Source: Octopus sinensis
Lineage: Eukaryota
Assembly: GCF_006345805.1 (NCBI RefSeq)
Contig: NW_021831914.1
Span: 1 to 34,045 of the forward strand
DNA: 34,045 nucleotides
Direction of reading: 5' to 3'
A program made the translations under genes and the position numbers. The notes under the pieces are model-generated. The model was not told where the DNA came from and searched no databases. It saw nothing but the letters and a program-made list of their open reading frames with translations. Below, one piece after another: positions 1 to 10,561 of the stretch; the first letter of the stretch is position 1; each line of letters opens with the position of its first letter.

Positions 1-193
1 TGACTGAACTAGACTGGGTAAGTGTGAGGTAGAACACCTACAAAAACCAGCATTGCTTGGAACTGCAAGAATTCTTTGTAGGGTGCTTGAAGAATGATCA
101 GAAACAAGTGTCACCTTAGTCTGCTGGCTGTGGAGAACTGACACTTTCCATCACAGCTGTGAGTTTTCATACAGCAACAACACCAAGAAAAAA
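1..193 (+). mobile_element. 3' end of an R4/Dong-clade (RLE-type) non-LTR retrotransposon
   Basis: Frame 8-97 reads TRLGKCEVEHLQKPALLGTARILCRVLEE*, the typical LQK..LLGTARILR.VL terminus. Its 3' UTR resembles that of the 29296-29973 copy and runs into (TAA)n. Confidence 0.8.
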
Positions 194-261
194 ATAATAA
201 CAATAATAATAATAATAATAATAATAATAATTATTATTATTATTATTATTATAGATTATTA

Positions 262-307
<46 letters not shown>
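194..307. repeat. (TAA)n microsatellite switching to (TTA)n at about 230
   Basis: Seen directly in the sequence. Confidence 0.95.
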
Positions 308-376
308 AAACAAGTCTTAAAGTACGGCAATAATTTTAAACGATCCCACCCGAAACTCGTCATGGTTTTCACTATA

Positions 377-782
377 TTCTTTTATTATTTTTGTACTTGT
401 TTCAGTCATTAGACTGCGGCCATGCTGGAACACCGTCTTGAAGAATTTTAGTCCAATGAATTGACTCCAATACTTATACTTTTTAAAGACTGGTAATTTT
501 TCTAACGGGGGTTTGTCGAACCACTGGGTTACGGGGAGGACATAAACACGCCAACACTGGTTGTCAAGTGGTGGTGAGGAACAAACACACAAACACAAAC
601 ACACACAACACACACACATGTACGACGGGCATCTTTCATTTTACGTTTATCAAATCTACCCACAAACCATTCGTCAGCCTGAGGTTATAGTAGAAGACAC
701 TTACCCACGTTGCCATGCAGTGGGACTGAACCCAGAACCATGTGATTGGGAAGCAAGCTTCGTAGCACACTCCACACTTACG
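377..782 (-). mobile_element. tRNA-derived SINE, family A (diverged copy)
   Basis: Reverse complement has a tRNA-like head, an internal CA microsatellite and the CCAGCATGGCCGCAGTC..TGACTGAAACAAGT tail shared with other copies in the window. Confidence 0.8.
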
Positions 783-805
783 GCTAAGATTATATTATTT
801 AATGT

Positions 806-1041
806 ATAAAGGCGGCGAGCTCGCGGAAATGTTAGCGCGCCGGGCGAAATGCGTAGCCGTATTTCGTCTGTCGATACGTTCCTAGTTCAAATTCTGCCGA
901 GGTCGACTTTGCCTTTCATCCTTTCGGGGTCGATAAATTAAGTACCAGTTACGCACTGGGGTCGATTTAATCGACTTACTCCCTTTGTCTGTCCGTGTTT
1001 GTCCCTTCTGTGTTTAGCCCCTTGTGGGTAGTAAAGAAATA
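806..1041 (+). mobile_element. tRNA-derived SINE, family B, full length with 15-bp TSD
   Basis: Head GGCGGCGAGCT..GTTAGC, box GTTCAAAT and central GTCGACTTTGCCTTTCATCCTTTCGGGGTCGATAAA. Direct repeat TATATTATTTAATGT at 791-805 and 1042-1056. Confidence 0.9.
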
Positions 1042-1493
1042 TATATTATTTAATGTTCCATTCTACTTCACAGTCGTAGTTTTCCATATGAATGATATTT
1101 GAATGCTAACTTCAGCTTCGAGCGCGACTATGGAAAGGTATCCTTACGTTTATTAGTTGCGTATAATAAGGACGGTTTATTAATCTGGCAGTAATACATA
1201 CCTCGCCAGGTTCTATTTTATTCACAAAATAATTGTCATGAAAGAGAAAATAAAGATCGGAATGATTCGAACTCATAATAGCGATATGACAAAATTAAAT
1301 ATTTAGAATAATGCTCTGCAAAAGCACACTCATTCATTCCTTATTAATAAATCTACGTACTTTGCAGCCCCAGTTTCCCCTTAGCCGTCCTATTACGTCA
1401 TCTCAGGACATTGCAATCGTTTCCCCCACTTACCAGAAAAACTTCTTCATTTTATCACCTTGCACCCATTTTTCGCCCTTACCAGATCCCCAT

Positions 1494-1600
1494 CTTCACC
1501 TCAACCTCTAGCTGCCCTTTTCTGCTCTTCATCTCAACCCCTAGCTACCCTTTTTTGCTTTTCACCTCAACCCCTAGCTGCGTTTTTCTGCTCTTCACCT
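1494..1600. repeat. 33-bp minisatellite, about 3.2 copies
   Basis: Unit CTTCACCTCAACCCCTAGCTGCCCTTTTCTGCT starts at 1494, 1527, 1560 and (partial) 1593. Confidence 0.9.
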
Positions 1601-1947
1601 CGTACCCCTTTTCCCGCTCTTCCCAGACCAATGCATTCACCTTGCCCCTTCCCCGCCTTACAAGACCAATGTATCCAGCTCAAAGATTTATACCCACATT
1701 ACCGTCCTCTCCAGACCAAAATATCCATCTCAGCACCTTGCACCCTATTTCTAACCTTAAGGAGACATTCCCCTTACCTTCTGTTTAATTCTTCAGCAGT
1801 ATTTTATTTCGCCATTGATTTATTTTGAAATTTCTATTTTCTGCATAGATTCCAAACCAGATTCCAAATATCTTCCTGGGAGTCCTTTTATATCAAGAAA
1901 GGGTTAATTTGAAAATATTCATGTAATATCCAAAGATATTGCACTTA

Positions 1948-1949
1948 CA

Positions 1950-2040
<91 letters not shown>

Positions 2041-2132
2041 TATATATATATATGTATATATACATACATATATATATATATAATATATATATATACATAT
2101 ATATATAATATATATTATATATATATATATAT

Positions 2133-2166
<34 letters not shown>

Positions 2167-2666
2167 TACGTATGTATGTATAATATATGCATATATATAC
2201 ATACATAAATATATATATACACCACACACACACATATATATATATATATACAAATACATACATATATATATATATATCTTTATATCTTTACATATATATA
2301 CATATATGAATACGAATAATGTGTGTGAGAGAGAGAGAGAGAGTGGAGAAGTACGTAGTTACTATAGAAATTAGAAATATTCATCCATTCATGCTTACAT
2401 GCACATATGTCCATATGTATGTATATACACGCACAGACATACACACACATATTTCCAACATGATTCACACTCACGCATGCTCATGGAAACACACTTACGT
2501 ATGTATGTATGTATGTATGTATGTATGTTGTATGTATGTATGTTATGCATGTATGCAGGTATGTATGTATGTATGATGTATGTATGTATGCTGTATGTAT
2601 GTATTATATATGTAATGTATATATATGCATGTGTATATTATATATATATGTGGTGTAATTATATTA

Positions 2667-2733
<67 letters not shown>

Positions 2734-2772
2734 TATAAGCGAAGAGAGAGAGAGAGAGAGAGAAAAAGAGAG
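1948..2772. repeat. Compound (TA)n/(GA)n/(TATG)n microsatellite block
   Basis: Seen directly in the sequence. Confidence 0.95.
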
Positions 2773-3758
2773 AAAGGTAGATAGATATAAATCAAATTCC
2801 GCTGTTGTTTCGAGAAAAACTGAAAACAATGATTTTTCTTCATTCTCATCGTCAACATTGGACGCTTCCCAATTGAATTATAAAATTGAAAATGAAGAAG
2901 AGGTCAGGAAACCAAATTGAGGTGAATGAGATCATACCCTCCTCCTTTGAGAGGAGAAGACAGCCGAAACCTTTATCTCAGTTTGTTCAAACCTTGAATG
3001 ATTCCATTCAGAAATCTTTCTGCTTAGAGTATTTGTTTCACCACACTTCTTTGTTGAGGAATCAACTTCACTGTGTCTCTTTTACTCTCAGTCTTTCTCT
3101 CTCTTTAACTCTCACTCTTTGTCTTCTAAGTTTTGGCATTTGATATCCTTCTACATTACTATTATATAAATGTTAGTGTTAGCGTCAGGGTACAAGGTCA
3201 GGAGTATAATATATCTGATATTTAATATATCATTCTTTGTCTTTGTTACCGAAATTTATTCCACTGGCCGTCCGTCCATGTGGTATTTCTCAGAGCTTTA
3301 TTTTTCTTTGAATCATGCAAATTACAGTAAAACGTTCTTTCCTATGTTTAAATGTGTTTATTCCTTATATTAAGTTGCAGCCAAGGTAGAGCAAAACTAT
3401 TCTAATCATCTTAAGAGTCATTTTCTTCGAGTGATAAGAAAATTATCGGACGCACCTCTTTTGCTTCAGAGTCTGCTGCTATAACTGCAAGGTATTATGT
3501 TACTTTCTCTCAAAACGAAGATGATTTCACTACATTGAGAATTTATATATATATAATATATAAATAATTCGGTTAACCGATACCCGGGTAACAAATTCAC
3601 GTCAGAAAACACGGTTGAAGCTACATGCCAAGGGCAAAAATCACGTGTTCCCGTGTGGAAATGTGTGTGTTTTTTTTAACTATAAGTACATGGGAATTTT
3701 GTTAAAATCGTCGTTCGACTCCATTCTCCCATTTACTTATATATATATACATATATAT

Positions 3759-3799
<41 letters not shown>

Positions 3800-4677
3800 C
3801 ATATCCATCTATACATATATACATATGTACATATATATATATATAGATGTATATATATCGTCATATATATATATATATGTAAATTTCCTAAAATTTGCTA
3901 GCATTCATCAACGATGTTCCGACGCTGTGCGGGTTACGTAAGAACTATATATCTTACGTAAACTCTAACATGGGGGTCCCATCCCGACCAGTTTGCGGAG
4001 CGAATATAACTTGCTATTAGCGGTTAACCTACTTCCTCTCAGAGGTGTTACGACCACTTATTGAAATATCCCCAGACGTCTATGTGAGCACGGAGGACCT
4101 CCTCAGTAGAATCAGTAGTTGCTACCACTTCAACGACTTCGCAGGTTGTATAGTGGATAGTATGGATGTGGTTTCACTCTAGCCATCTATATTTTATCCT
4201 AGCACTCGAAGGACTCATCACTCAGATAAATGCAGGAGTGCGTCCCCATGAAGGAATCACCCCTGTACGAAATAAGAAATATACATAGAAGGTAGTGATA
4301 TGGCAATGCCCATAATATTTACATTCCCCTGTACATTTGCTAGTAGGCTGTTATGTAGACAGTCAACACATAAGACAGCTATTATGTTTCCTCCTCACAA
4401 AAACCCGCCACGTGGATTCTGTTGAGACTAGTAAGAAACAATTATGAACTTTTTTTATTACACTTAACTTTTTAAAATATTTTTGATAAGTTTGTTTTTT
4501 TAAGAAGAACCGAAACATGTAAAATTTCTAAGAAAATTAAAATTTATCTTATATAGTGGCGTTTTCAACCTTTTTAATAAATATATACCCACTCGTATAT
4601 ACCACCTACACATTATATATATATACATATACGTATATACATACATAATACATACATATATATAATATGTATATATA

Positions 4678-4720
<43 letters not shown>

Positions 4721-4748
4721 ATATATATATATATACATATACATATAA

Positions 4749-4900
4749 GAAGCCTTGGAACTGTTTGAATTTCAAAGAGGCTGTATTGTGGGTCATTCTG
4801 AAGGTTCATATAGTCAGCGTAAAATCGCAGAAAACCTTGGGGTCCCGCTTTCTACAGTTAATAGAGTGATTGTACAATTCACCAGAGAGGGGAAGGATAT
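4749..4900 (+). mobile_element. Tc1-type transposase N-terminal HTH fragment
   Basis: Translates [46 protein letters not shown], matching the Tc1 paired-like N-terminal pattern EL.EF.RG.IVG....G.S.R.IA..L..P.STV..I. Confidence 0.8.
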
Positions 4901-5235
4901 GAGATAACCCAGCTGAAACGATCCGATTGGCCATACGGTGAGCTTCAATGTTCGCCTCCGACGTCGTTGAATTAACCAAAAATGCTATTTCAGATATTCA
5001 AGACATCAGTTCTGAAATTCTACTACACTTATTGTATTCTACTGATATAGTGCCTTAAGATTATCTCCTTTTCCGTTCGCTCTCCAAAAGCCTGTAATGT
5101 GTTTTGTTCAACAACGGCGTGGAGTTGAAAATGTGGATAGATTGATTCTTCGAGTAGATACTTGATGAAATCTATCGTCACGGCATTGGCAAGATAATGG
5201 AATGCTGACAAGAAGTCGGAGAAATAACTTATAGA
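4901..5235 (+). mobile_element. mariner transposase C-terminal fossil (stops and frameshifts)
   Basis: Reads ..NVRL..VELTKNAI..EILLHLLYSTDIVP*DYLLFRSL...FNNGVELKMWID*FFE...IYRHGIGKIMEC*QEV, a decayed version of the mariner NARPH / HPPYSPDLAPSDYHLFRSL / GI.KL.ERW motifs. Confidence 0.8.
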
Positions 5236-5240
5236 TATAT

Positions 5241-5698
5241 AGGCGTAGGGGTGGCTGTGTGGTAAGTAGCTTGCTTACGAACGACATGGTTCCGGGTTCA
5301 GTCCCACTGCGTGGCACCTTGGGTAGGTGTCTTCTACTATAGCCTCGGGCCGACCAAAGCCTTGTAAGTGGATTTGGTAGACGGAAACTGAAAGAAGCCC
5401 GTCGTATATATATAATGTGTTGTGTGTGTGTGTTGTGTGGTGTGTGGTGTGTGTGTGTGTGTGTGGTGTGTGTGTTTGTGTGTCTGTTTGTCCCCCCAAC
5501 ATCGCTTGACAACCGATGCGGGTGTGTTTACGTCCCCGTAACTTCGCGGTTCGGCAAAAGAGACCAATAGAATAAGCACTAGGCTTACAAAGTATAAGTC
5601 CTGGAGTCGATTTGCTCGACTAAAGGCGTTGCTCCAGCATGGCCACAGTCAAATGACTGAAACAAGTAAAAGAGTAAAAGATTAAAAGAGTAAAAGAG
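5241..5698 (+). mobile_element. tRNA-derived SINE, family A, full length
   Basis: A-box-like TGGCTGTGTGG, B-box-like GGTTCAGTCCC, CACCTTGGGTAGGTGTCTT segment, internal TG microsatellite and (GTAAAAGA)n tail. Confidence 0.92.
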
Positions 5699-5865
5699 AT
5701 TGATTTGCTAAAACTTTTCATTAAAAACAATGATTGAAATAGGTGAAAAGAAAAAAGAAAGGAAGGAATTTATCTGATTACCTAATCTGCCTTATTTGTT
5801 AATTTTACCCTTCGTGCAAGAGGTATATTTCGGAAGTTACACATCACATTATCAGTAAAACTCCA

Positions 5866-6618
5866 GTATTCTAGTTTTCAACCGGAGTCCGTATAAGATT
5901 TTTGGTGGGTCCACGCAAGCAAAATACTAAATTGCTAACCCACATTAGTATGTTAAGCGTCCATGAAAAAGATTCTGCTTTACTCTTTTACTTGTTTCAG
6001 TCATTTGACTGCGGCCATGCTGGGGCACCGCCTTTAGCCGAGCAACTCGACCCCGGGACTTATTCTTTTGTAAGCCCAGTACTTATTCTATCGGTCTCTT
6101 TTGCCGAACCGCTAAGTGACGGGGACGTAAACACACCAGCATCGCTTGCCAAGCAATGCTATGGGGACAAACAACGACACACAAACACACACACAGACAC
6201 ATATATATATATACATATATACGACAGGCTTCTTTCAGTTTCCGTCTACCAAATCCACTCACAAGGCATTGGTCGGCCCGGGGCTATAGCAGAAGACACT
6301 TGCCCAAGATGCCACGCAGTGGGATTGAACCCGGAACCTTGTGGTTGGTAAACGAGCTACTTACCACACAGCCACTCCTGCGCCTATAGCCACTCCTGCG
6401 CTTTGGGTGTATTTATTGCAAGAAACAGCCAAGTTTTATTTTCTCTAACGTTTTACATTGTTCGACTTGCATAACTTAACGTGTGAACAGCAAAATAGGG
6501 ATTTTGAAAGAAGTATCTATGAAATTAGTTTTTAAACACCGAATGTCTGTGGGGGTTCCCTAGAATAAAACACTAAACAATGGGGTCCATTAGTATAAAA
6601 TAGTTAAGAATCACTGCT
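5866..6618. mobile_element. Probable hAT-like non-autonomous element interrupted by the SINE at 5978-6386
   Basis: Right end GTTAAGAATCACTG (6603-6616) and degenerate left end ..TAGTTTTCAACCGGAGTCC resemble CAGTGGTTCTCAAC-type hAT TIRs. Confidence 0.45.
5978..6386 (-). mobile_element. tRNA-derived SINE, family A, full length
   Basis: Reverse complement of the same family as 5241-5698. The 5'-terminal AGCCACTCCTGCGC is tandemly duplicated (6370-6383, 6388-6401). Confidence 0.92.
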
Positions 6619-7078
6619 CTAGTGTATAATACGAAAACTGGAACCTACCCAACAGATTAAAATTTTGCTCCATTATTTTTTATATTGCTTTGATTTATAT
6701 TTGTTTTAGATTTAAATTTTGTTGTAATTATAAATCATAGCTGTGCATTTTTTTAATGTTAAATTTTTAAATATAATTATGATTTATGAGCTTACAGTAA
6801 ACCATTTTCATTGTGATTTGAGTGGAAGTACATAAATATCAATAATGTATACTTATTCAACTGGTACTTGTTTAAATTTGTACCTTGTGTTTTGATTTTA
6901 AATAAAAAAATATATGTTATGTAAAGTATAGAAGCCATCTTATCGTGGCTAACCACATTGGGGAGGGGGTTGTTACTGTAGCTTTATAGCCCCAAGAGAT
7001 CTTCGTTCTAGCTGGCTCTAAACACAATATCTGTGTCTTTGGAGTATTTGCAAAGGGATCCCATCCCTACCTCGCAAG

Positions 7079-7144
7079 CCTGAGTGATACGCTCGAACTA
7101 GTTTCGAGATGTTTGTCCCTCGTCAACGGGCGGCAACCACCAGG
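7079..7144 (-). ncRNA. Type I hammerhead ribozyme motif (minimal palindromic stem III)
   Basis: Minus strand: CCUGGUGGU-UGC-CGCCCG UUGACGA GGGA-CAAACA-UCUC GAAA CUAG UU / CGAGCG-U-AUCACUCAGG. Stem I has an internal loop, stem II is 4 bp, and stem III is the palindrome ACUAGU. Deviations: U at position 3, GUU triplet, one stem I mismatch. Confidence 0.75.
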
Positions 7145-7250
7145 TAGCGATGAAAGTGAAGGCTCCTTTGCAAATAGATATGAAAGGAGCCTTCACTTTC
7201 ATCGCTACCTGGTGGTTGCCGCCCGTTGACGAGGGACAAACATCCCGAAA
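7102..7250. repeat. Inverted repeat: 62-bp perfect arms (7108-7169 / 7183-7244), 68 bp with one mismatch, 13-nt spacer
   Basis: Checked base by base. Confidence 0.97.
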
Positions 7251-8421
7251 ATAAATAAAACGAGTTTAAAGTTATTGTGTGTGTGTGTGTGTGCTTAAAC
7301 ACTCTAATTTTATAACTAAACGCAAGAAAGGTGACAGTAAGACGATGTTGTTTAACACCAAGAAAGACCTGATAGAGCAACTCATCAATCAAAACTGTCC
7401 CGCCGTGACTATCTCGTTTATTCCTGACGAAATCTAAACTATAATACTCCAATGCATCACCTTTATTTCCCAAGCAGAGCTTTGCAATGAGGGATATATG
7501 GCAGCCTTTTTAGCGAGTTAAATGCGTGCCCACGTAAGTTACTTCTTTTAGCTAGGGATATCAGAAGAAGGTATTAAATAAAATTTACCTTTGTTTGTTT
7601 TTGTTGTTGATTTACACAACTTCTTGTCATGCGAAATGGTCTGGAAACACAACAAGACACACAGATCTCTCTCTGCACCACAACACATTTCAAGCATAGT
7701 TTAACAAAGTCACAACCGCCAGTGTGTTGAGCAGTTTTATTTGAAATATTGAGTTTGTCTTTGCAAAATAAAATAAAATTCTCATATCTGGGTGTTAGAA
7801 CGATTTTGAAATCTCGCTGGAGTGTGTGAAAAGGTTTCCAGAAGCGCTGTTTCTTGGGCTATTTCATGTTAGTTGTGGGAGGTTAAGTAACTAGACATTA
7901 TTGTAGTGATAGCATTATTAGTGTATTGGTAGTTAAAAATGTGGTGGTAGTGGTGGTGCTGGTATGATCGTGTGGTGTTGGTAGTAACTGGAAGACGATT
8001 TTACGCCGAGTAAGTCACTTACAATCACTCGCGTCATTTACAAGACGGCAGAAACAACGAAGTAATTTTGGCAAAAGGCCATTTAATCACTTGCTAATAA
8101 ATTGAAAGTGATTAATTTACAGATACGAAATCACAGAAATCAAAAGCTACAATCATTCCTACCCTACACTCCAACAAAATCTACTTGCTCTCGGTCCGAT
8201 GGTTCAGACCTGACCTGCGGTTATACAACATCTGATAACTTCAATAATTTGGTTTCAAATCTCTTACTTCATGTATCGGTTTGATTTGCCTCACGGCACT
8301 AAATAATGATTCAGTATTGGCTATGATTTTTAACAACTACACTTCGCAAATGTATGCCTCGGGGCTCGATATTATTGTGTGGCGGTTTGGGCAAGTGGAT
8401 TAACATAATCCTTTGTACGAT

Positions 8422-8698
8422 AGGGACAAGGCATGAAATTTTGTGGGGTGAGTGCTGTTCGATTATATCAAAACCAGTATTCAATTAGTACTTAATTTTT
8501 CGATTTCAAATTTTGGCACAGAGTTCAGTGGAGGCGTTAAGTCGATTACATCGACTCCCAGTGCTCAACTAGTACTTATTTTATCGACTTCGACAGATGA
8601 AAGGCAAAGTCGGCGGAATAGTAACTCAGAGCTTAAAGATGAACAAAAAGCCGCCAAGCAGTTTGACCGACGTGCCGACGTTTCTGCCACCTCACCGC
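8422..8698 (-). mobile_element. Two tandem old family-B-type SINE copies (truncated 8422-8501, longer 8502-8698)
   Basis: Both carry the TTTCAAATTTTGGCACA-type end and/or the GTCGATTACATCGAC..CAGT..GTACTTATTTTATCGA core. Confidence 0.7.
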
Positions 8699-8961
8699 AT
8701 TGTAATTAAATTAACGTAATGATGTTAGTGCAAATGTAAGGACAATTTCGTAACCGGAAACTTCAAAAGTACTTCCCTGGTCATCTATACCTGAACTGCG
8801 ATATAAACAGAAGTATGCGCAAAGATTTAACTTTTTTTTTTCTTTCTTTTTTCAAAAAAAGAAAACTAGCAAAATATATGATAAAACTGAACTCAGAATT
8901 AGCATTAGATTATCAAATCGAACTCTGCTCTACCTGAACGGGTTTAACTGCCTATATATTG

Positions 8962-9166
8962 TTTTCAAATTTTGGCACAAGTCCAGCAGCTGTGGGGGAT
9001 GAGCTGAGTCGATTAAATCGACCCCAGTGTTCAACCGGTACCTATTTTATCGGTCCCCAAAAGGATAAGATGCAAAGTCAACCTCGGCGGAATTTGAACT
9101 CGGAACGTAAGGACGGGCGAAATGCCGCGCAGCGTGCTAACCATTCTTCCGGCTTGCCATGCCTTA
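8962..9166 (-). mobile_element. Old family-B-type SINE
   Basis: GTCGATTAAATCGACCCCAGT..AAAGTCAACCTCGGCGGAATTTGAACTC..CGTGCTAAC is the reverse complement of the family B head and core. Confidence 0.85.
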
Positions 9167-9204
9167 ACTGCCCAAGTATTACTGGAACCTGAGCAAGGTG
9201 AAAA

Positions 9205-9232
9205 GATGATAATGACGATGATGATGATGATA

Positions 9233-9264
<32 letters not shown>

Positions 9265-9330
9265 CACCATCATGGTCATGATGACAGCGGCGGCAACAAC
9301 AGTGACGTTGGGTATAATGATGATGACTTA

Positions 9331-9384
<54 letters not shown>

Positions 9385-9480
9385 GGTGTGGTGATGATAA
9401 TGATGATGATGAGGATGATGAGGATGATGATGTTGATGGTGGTGGTGGTGATGATGATGATGATATTGATGATGATGATG
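9205..9480. repeat. (GAT)n/(GGT)n trinucleotide repeat
   Basis: Seen directly in the sequence. Confidence 0.95.
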
Positions 9481-9506
9481 CCCGTAGGTCCAGAAATCGA
9501 AGCCAC

Positions 9507-9553
9507 GACCTTACAATCGTGAGTGTAATATCTTAACCATTAAGCCACTCACC
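9507..9553 (-). mobile_element. Family C SINE head fragment (tRNA-like)
   Basis: AATCGAAGCCACGACCTTACAATCGTGAG..AACCATTAAGCCA is similar to 22690-22755. Confidence 0.55.
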
Positions 9554-9914
9554 TTCGCACACACACAAAACACACACACACAAAACACACACACATACAC
9601 ACACACACACACAAAACATACACACATCACATAGAATTATGAATAATCGTAATGTCGTGACTTTCGGGATTCGATGTGCGAAACCCAGAGTAAATTGACA
9701 GGAATAAATGTCGGTGCCGCATCTAGGGCGGTGCTCTTCTACTGTTCTTGCAACCTTCACGTCCTTACGTCTCTGCAAATATTAATAACAAAAGTCATCT
9801 TTATTGTACGCTCTATGTTCTATTATTACATTTTACTAAAACTGATCCGGCAAACTGTCATTCGGTGAGAATAGTCTTTGTAATAAAGCAGATAATTTAA
9901 TTAAGATGCCTCGC

Positions 9915-10323
9915 TGATGTTATTGTTGTTGCCGTTGTTGTTGGTGGTGGTGTTGGTGGTGGTGTTGGTGGTGGTAGAGATGATAATGATGATGATGATG
10001 ATGATGATGAATAGGAAAATGTGAAGGTGAAGGAGTGAGGAGAATAAGGATAATAAGGATGAAGATGCAGATGGCGACGATCATGATGTTGACGATGATG
10101 AAGATGACGACGAGTATGATGATGATGATGATGATGATGATGAGGATGATGGTCACGATATGGTCATGACGGCGGCGACGGCATCAACGATGCTGGAGAT
10201 GTTGACAATGATGATGATTTAGATCGTGATTTAGCTGCTGCTGCTGCTGCTGTTGCTGCTGCTGATGATATTCATGATGATGATGGTGGGATTGGTGGTA
10301 TTAGTGGTATTGTTGCTCGCATA

Positions 10324-10354
<31 letters not shown>

Positions 10355-10430
10355 CTGTCGTTGTAGCTGGTGTTAATGGTTGGCTGTAGTGTTGGTGATT
10401 GTGGAGAAGGTGGAGGAGAAAACAACATCA
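9915..10430. repeat. Mosaic GTT/GGT/GAT/GCT trinucleotide low-complexity tract
   Basis: Seen directly in the sequence. Confidence 0.9.
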
Positions 10431-10508
10431 ACTTCATTTATTTGAGTAATTTCCTTTAAAATTAACAGAAAGGCGTCAAAACCGCCATTCTAGATTAACA
10501 ACCGCCTT

Positions 10509-10561
<53 letters not shown>

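Larger units (their letters stand above)
6941..7250 (-). mobile_element. Hammerhead-bearing small element (retrozyme or Penelope-like) with inverted duplication
   Basis: Hammerhead at 7079-7144, conserved box at 6983-7015 shared with 24027-24060, and a 62-bp perfect inverted repeat at 7108-7244. Confidence 0.6.

Noticed and set aside
2775-3070. Unique-looking stretch that could be an exon or UTR
   Set aside because: Translations on both strands match nothing I recognise, and no clear splice pair was found.
5241-5330. tRNA gene (also other A/B-box heads)
   Set aside because: No full cloverleaf; each head continues into a SINE body and tail.
5108-6389. ORFs with recurring peptides such as RRHLPKVPRSG, TCPRCHAVGLNPEPC and SFDCGHAGAPPL (also at 561, 11384, 15735, 23555)
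   Set aside because: They are translations of family A SINE copies, not a protein family.
9031-10437. Poly-M, poly-I, poly-H/Q and poly-N ORFs that might suggest a low-complexity transcription factor exon
   Set aside because: Pure trinucleotide mosaics with no flanking domain or convincing splice context.
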